Below the pieces are notes generated by a model, which saw only the letters and a program-made list of their open reading frames with translations, was not told the origin of the DNA and did no database searches. The position numbers and the translations under genes were made by a program. This document shows positions 40,145-49,560 of a DNA stretch of 64,000 bases, piece after piece (positions within the stretch are counted from its first letter, which is position 1; each line of letters opens with the position of its first letter). Source of the stretch: an uncultured Pseudomonadota bacterium. GTDB lineage: Bacteria; Chloroflexota; UBA5177; JAJPKF01. The stretch covers positions 313,726 to 377,725 of the forward strand of contig CAWIIC010000004.1 in the NCBI GenBank assembly GCA_963836045.1, read 5' to 3'.

Positions 40145-40839
40145 AATGAACATGAATTGAAATCATGTTCATTGGGCCGCTCGTCGGCGGGCAACTGAAG
40201 AAAACTCCCACCTAATCCCGCCGAGAAGCGGACGTATTCGACACCCAAGACGCTTTCGGGACGTGACTAGCGGGAGGCGAGCCGACCCATGCTCACGCTA
40301 GAGTCGGCTTCCCTGTGTCTCGGCGCTGCTGTCCTCCGGTGAAATCTCTCCACTCGTCGGTCAAAGAGAGAACCTCCATAACGTGGCCTTCTTGACTTCA
40401 GGCCCGAACACGTTTGCGCTCCCCAACGGCTCGTGCTCGTCCAGGCCTGGCAGCGTCCCTGTCCTCCCGCGTCTCGACCCGATCGTGTATCGCCGCGTGC
40501 GACCTTTTGCACCCCGCAGTCAACCACCACCTCCTAGCAAACCGGCCGTAGGCAACCACCTCTTCCGACCAAACCAAGCGCAGCCAGCTGTTTCAGCCAA
40601 AAAGTAGACCCGCGTTTTTCAGCCTTACCCAAAGTTCGCGGGACTGCTTTTCTAGCACCGGCGCGGCTCGCCAGCCGGGTACAAAAAGTTACAACGACAC
40701 ATCCTTGATATCCTGCCACTCAACTCCGGTGCCCAAAGGCGACCTTCCCGGATACGGTAGTCCAGTCCTCCACCGCCGGTCGCCCCTCAGGAGCCGTCTC
40801 TACCCCCGACTTCCCGACGACGCAGCCAGCCCTAACTTT

Positions 40840-41480
40840 CAGGTGGTTGACTGAGCCCAACCCGCGTCTGTGCGCCGGCCCCCGACGACCGCAGCCGGGC
40901 TTCCCCTTTCCGAAGACTGACCCCAGTCCGCGCCCGTCCGCCAACTCTCGACAACATCCGCTTGGTCCTCCGTGGCTCTGGGCGGTCGACACGTCTGTGC
41001 GCCGCTCCCCCGACAACCCCCAGCCTCCCGTGCCCAGCCGGTCGCGCCCGTGCGCCAACCGCCGACAACGTCTGCCCCACACTCCGCGAACCGGTCGCAG
41101 CGTCTGTGCGCCGGCCTCGCTAACGTCGCCACGGTTTTCCGTCCCCAGGCGGTTGCCGCGTCTCTGCGCTGACCGCCGACAACGTCCGCCCGATATTCCG
41201 TACTCAGGCGGTCACGGCGTCTGCGCCCCCTCCCCCGACAAACCCGCCCAGCCTTCTGCGCCCGGGCGGTTGCCGCGTTCTGCACTGACTGCCGACAACG
41301 TCCGCCCGATATTCCGTGCTCAGGCGGTCACGGCGTCTGCGCGGCCCTCCCCGACAACCCCAGGCCAACCTACCGTGCGCTGGGCGGTTGCCGCGTCTCT
41401 GCGCTGACCGCCGACAACGCCCGCCCGACATTCCGTGCTGAGACGGTCACGGTGTCTGTGCGCCGCCCCTCCCCGACAAC
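40840..41480 (+). repeat. degenerate tandem array, about 5.5 copies of a roughly 120-nt unit made of two roughly 60-nt sub-repeats
   Basis: Sub-repeat A is ggcggtcacggcgtctgcgc..ccccgacaaccc.gcccagcctaccgtgc.cgggc. Sub-repeat B is ggttgccgcgtctctgcgctgaccgccgacaacgtccgcccgatattccgtgctcag. There are no unique spacers. The array merges into a family-1 element. Confidence 0.8.
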
Positions 41481-41562
41481 CCCGCCCAGCCTACCGTGCC
41501 CGGGCGATCGCGGTCGCTGGAACTGAAAACTGACAACTGAAAACTGACAACTCCCTACCGTG
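41480..41562 (+). repeat. heptad-tailed intergenic element (family 1), abutting the stop of the LCP gene
   Basis: ccgggcgatcgcggtcgctggaactgaaaactgacaactgaaaactgacaact. Confidence 0.75.
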
Positions 41563-43609
41563 TCCACACAATCGGTGACGTCGGATCGAGATTCGGCATC
41601 GAGAACATCTCATGTCGAGCTCCCGTTGGCCAGCCGTTGTGCAGCTCGGCCACCCATAGTTGGAAGTCGTTGCCTACGAGCTTGTAGTATGCCAGATGCC
41701 GCCCGTCAGGCGAGTACGACGGCATCGAAACCACCCCGTAGTCCACGGCTTTAGCCGTGGAGGTCTTGAGATGGCCATTGGTGTAGTTTGCTATGAAAAT
41801 CTTGGAGCCCGCATTGCCATTCGTCTGAACATACGCGATCCTGTGCCCCCACGGCTGCCAGGCCGGTTGAGAATCGTTCTGGCTGTAGGGGGAGAGCGGC
41901 GTCGTTTGATCCGTCGTCAGGTTGAGGAGTGTCAGCTGCGACATCACCGACTCGTCATTGCGGTATGAGTAGGCAGTGTAGACGAGCTGTTGTTGGTTGA
42001 CCGGATCGAAGCGCGGATCCGTGTCGCCGCCCGCCCCCGCCGCTGGGTACGTAACCTGGGTCGTGTTTCCGGTCGTCCGATCTTGTGCGTACAGTCCGAG
42101 ATCGATGTTTCCCGTCGGGTTCGTCAGCTTGTACGCGTCGGACGAGTAAACTATCGTGTTTCCGTTCGGTGAGATCTCAGGGTTGAACGCCCAGAGGTTG
42201 TCCTGCACGACTCCGTCAGTCGCCCGGTCGTGGGTAATCTGCCCGTGTTGACCGGTCTGTAGATTTAACGTGAATATGTCCGAAACGACCGGGCTCCAGC
42301 GCCGGGCGTACGTCAGCCAGCGTCCGTTCCCCGTCACCGATACTCCCGAAACGTCATGCGTGTTCGTCAGACGCGCGGTCGACGTGCCGTCGTACGTCCA
42401 AACATTGCCATTGGACACGAAGTAGACATGACCCCGAAAAGGAGCTGGAGCGACGGTTGGAGTTGGCTTCGGTGGTTTGGGTGGGGGTGCCTGAGTGTTC
42501 ACGGCCACTATCTTTGAGAGGCGGGCTCGAACTTCGGCCGCGGTCGGCGGATGATACGTTTTGGGGGATTTCGGTCGGTACGGATGTGACCCCGAGATCG
42601 GAGCAAACATCTTTTTCACTGCTGGGTCGATAGCCGACCAGAATGGCGTAACCGCCGACTCGCCGTCAGCCTCGGTGGCGCCCGTGGAGTACCTCGGCGG
42701 TGAAAGCACCAATTGGTGTATCTCCGATGGGTTGAGCGAGCGGGCAAACGAGACCATCGCCGGCAGCTGCCCCGTACCTACGTCGCTTTTTACGAATCCC
42801 GATAAGTCGTTGACTAAAGGGTTGAGCTGCTGAATACTGGTCAAAGTGTTCATGCTGTCCACCCGCCGGCGTAAGCCGAGTAGCATCTGCTCCTGCCTCG
42901 CGCCTCGGCCGAAGTCGCCGATCAGATCAGCGTGACGTGATCTGACATACTGCAGCGCCGTCTCGCCGTTCATGTACTGTGGTCCCGGCGCGATATATAC
43001 CCGGGTATAGGAGAAGGGATCGGCACCCTTCGTCATATCATTTGGATAGTTGTCGTCGACGATCGGGTGCGAGGCGTCGATGACGACTCCGTGAAACGTC
43101 TTTATGACGTTGACGAAGCCCTGGAGTCCCACCCAGGCATAGTAGTCGATCGGGATCTTGAAGTTGGCTTCGACGGTCGCCTCTGCGAGTGCCACCCCGC
43201 CCGCGAATCCGCCCTTCCCTCCATCCATGCCCGCTGTCCCGTACGACATGGCCGCGTCGATCTTGGCGTACGTGTTCACACCCGGAATCCATACCCAGAA
43301 GTCGCGCGGAATCGACAGCAGTCCGACCCTTTTGTGAACTGGGTCAATGGTCACGACCATCATGGTCTGGCTGAGCTTGGGTATGCCCTTCTTGTCCGTG
43401 TCGGTGCCCAGAAGCAAGATGTTGATCCGCTTGTTGCCCGTCAGCGTCGGTAGCGTGCCTTTGGGGTCGTACTTCGTCTTGATGTGATGGGGCACATAGA
43501 CGCCCACGATCTGCTGAACCCCTCTGTAGAGGCTATACGCCTCTAAGCCGCCTGCGGCGAGAACCAGCAGCACGAGTACGCCGACTGCGATCAGGACCTT
43601 ACGAAGCAT
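41555..43609 (-). CDS. LytR-CpsA-Psr (LCP) family protein with C-terminal TolB-like beta-propeller
   Basis: N-terminal TM anchor and LCP domain (INILLLGTDTD...MMVVTIDPVHKRVGLLSIPRD). C-terminal propeller repeats (SPNGNTIVYSSDA; SPDGRHLAYY). Confidence 0.8.
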   Translation of the reverse strand: MLRKVLIAVGVLVLLVLAAGGLEAYSLYRGVQQIVGVYVPHHIKTKYDPKGTLPTLTGNKRINILLLGTDTDKKGIPKLSQTMMVVTIDPVHKRVGLLSIPRDFWVWIPGVNTYAKIDAAMSYGTAGMDGGKGGFAGGVALAEATVEANFKIPIDYYAWVGLQGFVNVIKTFHGVVIDASHPIVDDNYPNDMTKGADPFSYTRVYIAPGPQYMNGETALQYVRSRHADLIGDFGRGARQEQMLLGLRRRVDSMNTLTSIQQLNPLVNDLSGFVKSDVGTGQLPAMVSFARSLNPSEIHQLVLSPPRYSTGATEADGESAVTPFWSAIDPAVKKMFAPISGSHPYRPKSPKTYHPPTAAEVRARLSKIVAVNTQAPPPKPPKPTPTVAPAPFRGHVYFVSNGNVWTYDGTSTARLTNTHDVSGVSVTGNGRWLTYARRWSPVVSDIFTLNLQTGQHGQITHDRATDGVVQDNLWAFNPEISPNGNTIVYSSDAYKLTNPTGNIDLGLYAQDRTTGNTTQVTYPAAGAGGDTDPRFDPVNQQQLVYTAYSYRNDESVMSQLTLLNLTTDQTTPLSPYSQNDSQPAWQPWGHRIAYVQTNGNAGSKIFIANYTNGHLKTSTAKAVDYGVVSMPSYSPDGRHLAYYKLVGNDFQLWVAELHNGWPTGARHEMFSMPNLDPTSPIVWTR

Positions 43610-43772
43610 CTACACCATCCGCATGGCTCAGCGTGCGAGCCAACGTCCATGCTCGCACATCCAGCTAGAGTACCCATTCCCTTGACTAACTGTCAACACT
43701 CCTGCCCCTCTTATACGATACGCTAGGCTGGTTTGACGACCGTTAGAATGTCATCCTCTAAGTTGAGGCAGC

Positions 43773-44480
43773 ATGCAATTCGAGAACACCTTTTCCGTTG
43801 ACGCTCCGATCGACAGGGTCTGGAGCTACCTCCTTGACGTGCAAGCGGTCGCCCCTTGTGTCCCCGGAGCAGAACTGACCGAGATAGTGAGTGACACGGA
43901 GTTCAAGGGCACGGTCAAGGTCAAACTCGGCGCCGTCCAGGTTTCCTACAAAGGAACACTAGCCTTGAAGGAGGTGGACGAAGCTGCGAGGAAGGTCGTG
44001 TTGGTCGCCAGCGGCAACGAAACCCGCGGGTCCGGCAGCGCCTCCGGAACGGTCACCTCGCATCTGGTTGCCGAAAGCGCCGCGCGCACCTCCGTCCGCA
44101 TAGTCTCGGAAGTCAACATCACGGGCCGTGTCGCTCAATTCGGCCGCAACATCATGCAGGACGTCTCCAACCGTCTCATCCGTGAGTTCGCCAAGTGCGT
44201 GGAGAGCAATCTGGTTGCTCGTGAGGCCCAGCTTCCCCCATCCCTCGGGGCGACTGCTGACGGCAACGATGAGTCCCCGGCCACACCTAACGCCCCCGAG
44301 CAGCCTGTCGGCTCAAGTGCGACGCCGCAGGCGGAGGCTGAACTCCGCCCTCCCTCCGCGAACCCCGAATTCGGCGCTCCCTCCGCGAACCCTGATTCTG
44401 CCGCTCGCTCCGCGAACCTGATTCAGGCGCTCGCTCCACGAACCCTCAGTTCGGCGAGCCCTCCACCAACCCTGATTTAG
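43773..44480 (+). CDS. SRPBCC-family CoxG-like protein with C-terminal low-complexity repeat tail
   Basis: MQFENTFSVDAPIDRVWSYLLDVQAVAPCVPGAELTEI is a CoxG family signature. The tail runs into the 27-nt tandem repeat. Confidence 0.7.
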   Translation: MQFENTFSVDAPIDRVWSYLLDVQAVAPCVPGAELTEIVSDTEFKGTVKVKLGAVQVSYKGTLALKEVDEAARKVVLVASGNETRGSGSASGTVTSHLVAESAARTSVRIVSEVNITGRVAQFGRNIMQDVSNRLIREFAKCVESNLVAREAQLPPSLGATADGNDESPATPNAPEQPVGSSATPQAEAELRPPSANPEFGAPSANPDSAARSANLIQALAPRTLSSASPPPTLI

Positions 44481-44600
44481 ACGCTCGCTCCACCGACCCT
44501 GAACTCGGCGGGCCATCCACCAACCCTGGATTCGGCTCTCGCTCTGAATTCGGCGGGTCCTCCACCAACCCTGAATTCGGCGCTAGCTCCGCGAACCGAC
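44340..44600 (+). repeat. tandem 27-nt repeat (about 9 copies, consensus cctgaattcggcgctcgctccgcgaac) at and after the 3' end of the CoxG-like gene
   Basis: It encodes PEFGAPSANP-like nonapeptides in the gene frame. Repeat copies differ by indels, so the frame breaks. Confidence 0.75.
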
Positions 44601-44789
44601 CCGTTTCTTCGTCGACGGACACAGGCTCCGTCCCCAGCCCTGCGACCCCACCCAGTCCGCCCTACTCGGAGGCCGAGCCGCTGAAACTGATGCCCTTGTT
44701 GATGGACATCGCACGCTCCCGCCTGGCCGCTGCCCTACGCGCCCTCGCCAAGCTGGTTGAACCGCCGCCCCAAGAGTAGCCTGAGGTCC

Positions 44790-45100
44790 GAAAGCGCCGT
44801 CGGAATCCACCACGGCGACTGTCGCCACCACTATCGTGGCCCCAGCCCTCCGTTTCCGTGGGGCGGGTCGCGGTCGTGCCTTGTTCTTCCATCGCCCGGG
44901 CGATCGCGGTCGCCTGGAACTGAAACCTAAAACTACTTTTCATGCTTCGTGACGCGTCAAGGGCATGGGAGGCTGTTCGAAAATGCGTCGCAATCCAGCC
45001 ACGGCGACCACCGTCGCGACCACTGTGGCCCGTTCGTCCATCGCCCGTGCGCTTGCGGTCGCTGGAACTGAAAACTGAAAACTGAAAACTGACAACTTAA
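44790..45100 (+). repeat. two tandem copies of the heptad-tailed intergenic element (family 1)
   Basis: Both copies contain catgcttcgtg / gttcgaaaatg / ccaccacggcgac..tcgcc.c.accact / ccatcgcccgggcgatcgcggtcgc(c)tggaactgaaa... modules. The 44662..44943 minus ORF is an artefact. Confidence 0.8.
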
Positions 45101-47550
45101 ATCTTCTTCGTCACTCGCTTATCCAGATAGTCCAACAGAACGTGCTCCCCGAGGTGATACGGACCCGTGAGAAATGCGCGTCCCCGGTTGACCGCCGTCA
45201 TCCGCTCTACAAACGATACGAGTGCCTGGTCGGCGTCGAGCATGAACGTGTTGATGACGATGCCCTCCCGGTAACAGCGTGCAGCCTCCGTGAGCGCGGC
45301 CCGCCGTACAAACCCCGGAGCGGGGTAATTGACGTAAATCCCCCCATTCGGTACGCAACACGCGGTCGGCTCCCCATCGGTGACGAAGAGAATCTGGCGG
45401 TTTCCTCCCCGATGGCGAGCGAGCAGCCGGCGTGACAGCGCCAGAGCCATCTCGTAGTTGGTGCCCTGCACCATGTAGTTCTCCGCCAGTGCCGGCAGAT
45501 CGTCTCTCGTCAGTTCGTAAGCCACGTCGGCGAACCCGATAATCTGCAAGACGTCGTGCGGGAACTGTCCCCGGATCAGGCTGTCGAGCGCGAGAGCGGT
45601 CTTCTTGGCCTCTAAGAACAATCCCCTCAAAAACATCGATCGTGACGTGTCAATCGCCAGCACCGTGGCGTGCCGCACCGCCCGCTCTGTCTCGAAAACG
45701 TCGAAATCTGAAGGCATGAGTCGGAGCGGAGACCGTGCTCCTCGACGCACGCCGTTCATCAGAGTGCTCCTAAGGTCAACGTGAAACGGGTCGCCAAAGT
45801 TGTACGGCTTGCTGTGGGCGGCTAGATCGCCGCCCTGCCCTCTTCGGTGCGTCTGGTGTCCACCCTGACGGTCGTCCTTGAGCTTCTGAAAAATCTCCTT
45901 GAGTGCGCTGTCGCCGAGTTTGCGAATAGCCCGTGGAGTCAATTCCAACCGCTCGCCGTTGCGCTTGAGGTACCCCGCCTCGAGGAGGGACTCGGCCATG
46001 TCCTTCACCGCCTCGATCTGAGCCCCCATTCGCCGTCCGAATAACGAGCTCGGGCTGAGCCCGCTGGTGTTGTTGGCAGCGTCGCTAAGTGCCGACAACG
46101 GGTCTCGCGCCAGCGCTTCCTCCAGCTGCTCCATGGCTTGGAGCCTGCGCATCATGTCCAAAGACTCGCCGAACCCGGGCGCGTCCGACCCTTCGAAGGG
46201 AAAGCCCCCTCCCTGAATCGGGTATCCCATGGCTTCGAGGTTCGCGCCCAGCTGCGCCAGGTCGAGCTGCAACCGGTCGTCCCGCAGCAGCTCGCTCATC
46301 ATGTCAAGCAGCTCTTGTCGAGATTGCGGGTCCATGCTGTCCAGCAGGGCCTGTACCTGTGACGCCTGTTGCTGCAAGTAGCTCAAGAGGTCGTCCAGCG
46401 TCTCGATGTCGGGCGGAAAGTTCTGACCCCATTTGTTCATGAACTCTTGAAAAGCGTGCCGATCACCCTGGCGGCTTGCCTCGATCATCTGATTGAGGTC
46501 CTGGACCATCTGCCGCGTCGCGTCCAGCATCTCGGGCGTTATCTGCCCGACGCCGTCCTTCAAAGATTGGGAATACTGCTGCAGCAATCGACGCTGCAGA
46601 TCGCCGACCAGGCTCTCGAAAGCCTCTCGAGCCTCTGCCGACATAAAGTCATACTCGCGCAGGCTGCGTATCCGTCCCGCGTTGTCCGGCGGCAGTTGAT
46701 CTAGCTGCGATCGCTTACGTTCCAGCATGCGCTCGAGCATGGCTTCGAGCTCGCGTACATCGCCTCCTGAACCGTCTGCACCTCCGTCGCCGGCGTGCTC
46801 ACCGCCCTGCTGCGGCGCCGATCCGCCCGGCTGAGAACCCTGCGGACCTCCGTCGCCGGCACGCTCACTGCCCTGCTGCGGCGCCGATCCGCCCGGCTGA
46901 GAACCCTGTGAACGTCCGTCGCCGGCACGCCCACCGCCCTGCTGCGGCGCCGATCGGCCCGGCTGAGAACCCTGTGAACGTCCGTCGCCGGCACGCTCAC
47001 TGCCCCTCTGCCGCCCCCCGTCGGACTGAGAACCGTCTGCGAAGCCGCCTGCCCTCTGTTGCCCCGCCTGCCCCTGCTCCCGGCCCGGCTCAGAACCCCC
47101 GGGAAGACCAGCCGTCTGTTGCCCTGCTTGCCCCTGCTCCCTGCCCGACTCGCCTTCCCCTGGCTTGGATGGGCTCTCGCCCGTCGAGCTCCCGTCTGAT
47201 CCTTCCGTGCTGCTCCGATTCGTGCCTCGACTCTCGATGCTCTCCCGCTCCATCTGGATGATCTCGTCCAGCTTCTCTCGGATGGCATCGATGGTTCGCG
47301 ACGGATCGTAACGGTCCAGCATGGCTTCGCGCTCGCGCTGCATCTGCTGCAGCAGCCGCCTGAGGCCGTCAAAACGGCGACCGTCAGGCAGCGTAAAGCC
47401 CCGCTGCAGCAGGTTCCGCAAAGCCTTGCGCGGATCTCCCGCGCGAAGCAGGTCGTCGGCTAGCTGGTCGAGTATGTCGTCGGCAGAGAAGTCCGGCACT
47501 TCTTGCGTGCCGTCCCAAGCCGAGTACTGATAGGGCTGTCGTGCCTCCAT
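45097..47550 (-). CDS. VWA domain-containing protein (CoxE-like C-terminal vWA) with long acidic N-terminal region and internal tandem repeats
   Basis: The C-terminus (VLAIDTSRSMF...ILFVTDGEPTA) matches the VWA_CoxE pattern. The central region holds about 4.5 copies of a 60-nt repeat encoding QGSQPGGSAPQQG(G/S)ERAGDGR. Confidence 0.75.
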   Translation of the reverse strand: MEARQPYQYSAWDGTQEVPDFSADDILDQLADDLLRAGDPRKALRNLLQRGFTLPDGRRFDGLRRLLQQMQREREAMLDRYDPSRTIDAIREKLDEIIQMERESIESRGTNRSSTEGSDGSSTGESPSKPGEGESGREQGQAGQQTAGLPGGSEPGREQGQAGQQRAGGFADGSQSDGGRQRGSERAGDGRSQGSQPGRSAPQQGGGRAGDGRSQGSQPGGSAPQQGSERAGDGGPQGSQPGGSAPQQGGEHAGDGGADGSGGDVRELEAMLERMLERKRSQLDQLPPDNAGRIRSLREYDFMSAEAREAFESLVGDLQRRLLQQYSQSLKDGVGQITPEMLDATRQMVQDLNQMIEASRQGDRHAFQEFMNKWGQNFPPDIETLDDLLSYLQQQASQVQALLDSMDPQSRQELLDMMSELLRDDRLQLDLAQLGANLEAMGYPIQGGGFPFEGSDAPGFGESLDMMRRLQAMEQLEEALARDPLSALSDAANNTSGLSPSSLFGRRMGAQIEAVKDMAESLLEAGYLKRNGERLELTPRAIRKLGDSALKEIFQKLKDDRQGGHQTHRRGQGGDLAAHSKPYNFGDPFHVDLRSTLMNGVRRGARSPLRLMPSDFDVFETERAVRHATVLAIDTSRSMFLRGLFLEAKKTALALDSLIRGQFPHDVLQIIGFADVAYELTRDDLPALAENYMVQGTNYEMALALSRRLLARHRGGNRQILFVTDGEPTACCVPNGGIYVNYPAPGFVRRAALTEAARCYREGIVINTFMLDADQALVSFVERMTAVNRGRAFLTGPYHLGEHVLLDYLDKRVTKKI
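46780..47110. repeat. in-frame 60-nt tandem repeat (about 4.5 copies) inside the VWA gene
   Basis: ccgcccggctgagaaccctgcggacctccgtcgccggcacgctcactgccctgctgcggcgccgat repeated with minor variation. Confidence 0.75.
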
Positions 47551-47589
47551 GAGGGCTCCTGAGGTTGGGTCGCGTGGTCCCTCATTCTA

Positions 47590-47922
47590 GTAGGCGGACT
47601 TCTGCCAAGAAGATGGCCTCGGAATCCACCACGTCCCCCGTGGCCACGACTACTGCAGTCCGGCCCTCGGTGGTCGGGAGGAGAATCGCGGTCGTGGCCC
47701 GTCTTTAATGGCCCGAGCGGTCGCGGTCGCCTGCAGCTGACGCATGACAACTAAGAGCTATTTTTCCATGCTGCGCGGTAGCCCCGCGCATGGGTGGCTA
47801 GTGGGAAAATAGCACCGGATTCCGCACCGCGATCCCCGCAGCGACACTGGCCCGGTCTTCCACCGCTCGCGCGCTAGCGGTCGCTGGAACTGAAAACTGA
47901 CAACTGAAAACTGACAACTCCG
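47590..47922 (+). repeat. two tandem copies of the heptad-tailed element (the first has a degenerate tail)
   Basis: ccaccacgtcccccgtggccacgactact...gcggtcgcggtcgcctgcagctgacgcatgacaact and tttttccatgctgcgcgg...gcggtcgctggaactgaaaactgacaactgaaaactgacaact. Confidence 0.75.
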
Positions 47923-47924
47923 GC

Positions 47925-48287
47925 CTACTGATCGCCCGCCAGCCCCACAAAGTGCAGAAGTGTCCTCAGCGTGAAGGGCTTGGGCAGCCACCCTTCAAAG
48001 CACGCCTGCGCTCGTCCGCGCACGGCCATTGGGTCGGCGGTGGACATGGCGATGATGGGCACCTCGCTGCAGGCCCCTAACTTGAGCTCCTCCGCCATAC
48101 CGATTCCTGCCTCGACCGGCAGCACCAGATCCATGAGTACGAGATCGGGTTTCTGTTCTTCGGCCAGCCTCAGAGCTTCAACAGTGCTGCGAGCCGCCCG
48201 AACCCCATATCCCTCCTCACCCAGAACCAGCGTGAGCATGCGGAGCATTTCAACATCGTCGTCTACGACGAGGATGTCGTATGCCAT
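47925..48287 (-). CDS. stand-alone response regulator receiver (CheY-like)
   Basis: MAYDILVVDDDVEMLRML...KPDLVLMDLVLP carries the conserved Asp pocket. 120 aa. The 314-aa track ORF has a spurious N-terminal extension. Confidence 0.7.
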   Translation of the reverse strand: MAYDILVVDDDVEMLRMLTLVLGEEGYGVRAARSTVEALRLAEEQKPDLVLMDLVLPVEAGIGMAEELKLGACSEVPIIAMSTADPMAVRGRAQACFEGWLPKPFTLRTLLHFVGLAGDQ

Positions 48288-48425
48288 GGCCACCTCTTCC
48301 GTCTCCCTGCTGAAGAGTACCACTCCGATTGCGGTGTCGTGCTCGGAATACGCGGCCGGTGCCGGCGGTAGACTGGATCGGAATTTAACCGCCTGGCTGG
48401 CCCTACGAAAGGGATGACAGTAATG

Positions 48426-49364
48426 AAAGTAATCGTGACGGGTGCTACCGGTTTTGTCGGTTCCGCCCTCGTGAGGAGGCTGCTGTCGCGGGGCGATCGC
48501 GTCGTCGCCGTCTCCCGCAATCCCGACAAGGCAGCAGTAGTGCTTGGGAACGATGTAACGGCCGTCCCCTGGTCCCCCCCGGCTTCGAACGCCGCCCTGG
48601 TAGACGAGGTCAACGGCGCGGACGCTATCGTCAACCTCGCCGGTGAGCCTCTGGCCGATAAACGCTGGACCCCGGAGGAGAAGGATCGCATCCTGCGCAG
48701 CCGCGTTGATGCCGGCCGTTCCATTCTTGAGGCCGTGCGTATGGCGACTTCGCGGCCCGGCGTCCTGATCAACGCCTCCGCGATCGGGTATTACGGCGAC
48801 CGGGGCGACGAGCGCTTGGTCGAGTCGAGTCCTCCGGGACATGACTTCCTCGCTGATGTGGTTCGGCAATGGGAGGCTTCAGTCGGGCCCGTAATCGAGT
48901 TGGGAGTGCGCCTCGTCCTGCTTCGCACCGGATTTCCGGTTCTCGGCTCGTCCGGCGGCGCACTGCCCCGGTTTGCGTTGCCGTTCAGATTCTTTGGCGG
49001 CGGCGTGCTCGGCCCTCGCGACCAGTGGGTTTCCTGGATCCACATCGAAGACGAGGTCGACCTCATACTCTTCGCCCTGGACTCGGACGTCGTATCCGGC
49101 CCCGTCAACGCCACCGCGCCGAACCCCGTTACTATGGCAGAGTTCTCCAACGGCATCGGGCACGCGCTCAAACGCCCTGTCTGGGTACCGGCGGTCCCAA
49201 CGTTCCTGCGGTTAGTGTTGGGCGAGAGGGCCGAGCCTCTGTTCACGAGTCAGCGTGTCTTCCCCGATCGCGCGCTAGGCCTAGGATTCCAATTCAAATA
49301 CGTGAACGCCAACCAAGCCCTGGACTCTCTCCTAGGAAACCCCCATCCCCAGCCCTCCCGGTAA
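48426..49364 (+). CDS. TIGR01777/DUF1731 family NAD-dependent epimerase/dehydratase (YfcH-like)
   Basis: MKVIVTGATGFVGSALVRRLL Rossmann motif and a C-terminal DUF1731-like region. Confidence 0.75.
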   Translation, partial: KVIVTGATGFVGSALVRRLLSRGDRVVAVSRNPDKAAVVLGNDVTAVPWSPPASNAALVDEVNGADAIVNLAGEPLADKRWTPEEKDRILRSRVDAGRSILEAVRMATSRPGVLINASAIGYYGDRGDERLVESSPPGHDFLADVVRQWEASVGPVIELGVRLVLLRTGFPVLGSSGGALPRFALPFRFFGGGVLGPRDQWVSWIHIEDEVDLILFALDSDVVSGPVNATAPNPVTMAEFSNGIGHALKRPVWVPAVPTFLRLVLGERAEPLFTSQRVFPDRALGLGFQFKYVNANQALDSLLGNPHPQPSR

Positions 49365-49369
49365 TCGCC

Positions 49370-49560
49370 TGCCTACCACCGGACAGCTTACCGTCTACAG
49401 TCCCTCCCGGTAATCTCAGTCTTAACATCCGACAGCTTACCGTCTACAGTCCGTCGTCAACCGGTCTACCGTCGACCGACTTCCCCGGTGGTCTATTTTC
49501 ACTCAATCGTCAATCAACCACTGAAAAACTGACAACTGATAACTGACAACTGAAAACTTA
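49370..49560 (+). repeat. composite heptad block: TACCGTC-type units followed by AACTGAC/AACTGAA units
   Basis: cagcttaccgtctacagtcc...cagcttaccgtctacagtccgtcgtcaaccggtctaccgtcgacc...ccactgaaaaactgacaactgataactgacaactgaaaactta. Confidence 0.7.

Noticed and set aside
40840-41520. Possible CRISPR array
   Set aside because: Units are degenerate copies of each other with no unique spacers. Repeat length (about 60 or 120 nt) is outside CRISPR range. No cas genes are in the window.
44790-45100. Heptad elements as rho-independent terminators
   Set aside because: A hairpin followed by a U-tract would need the T-rich run 3' of a GC-rich stem on the transcribed strand. Here the A-rich heptads follow the GC-rich core on the + strand, and the U-rich complement precedes it on the - strand. 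Copies also occur in divergent promoter regions.
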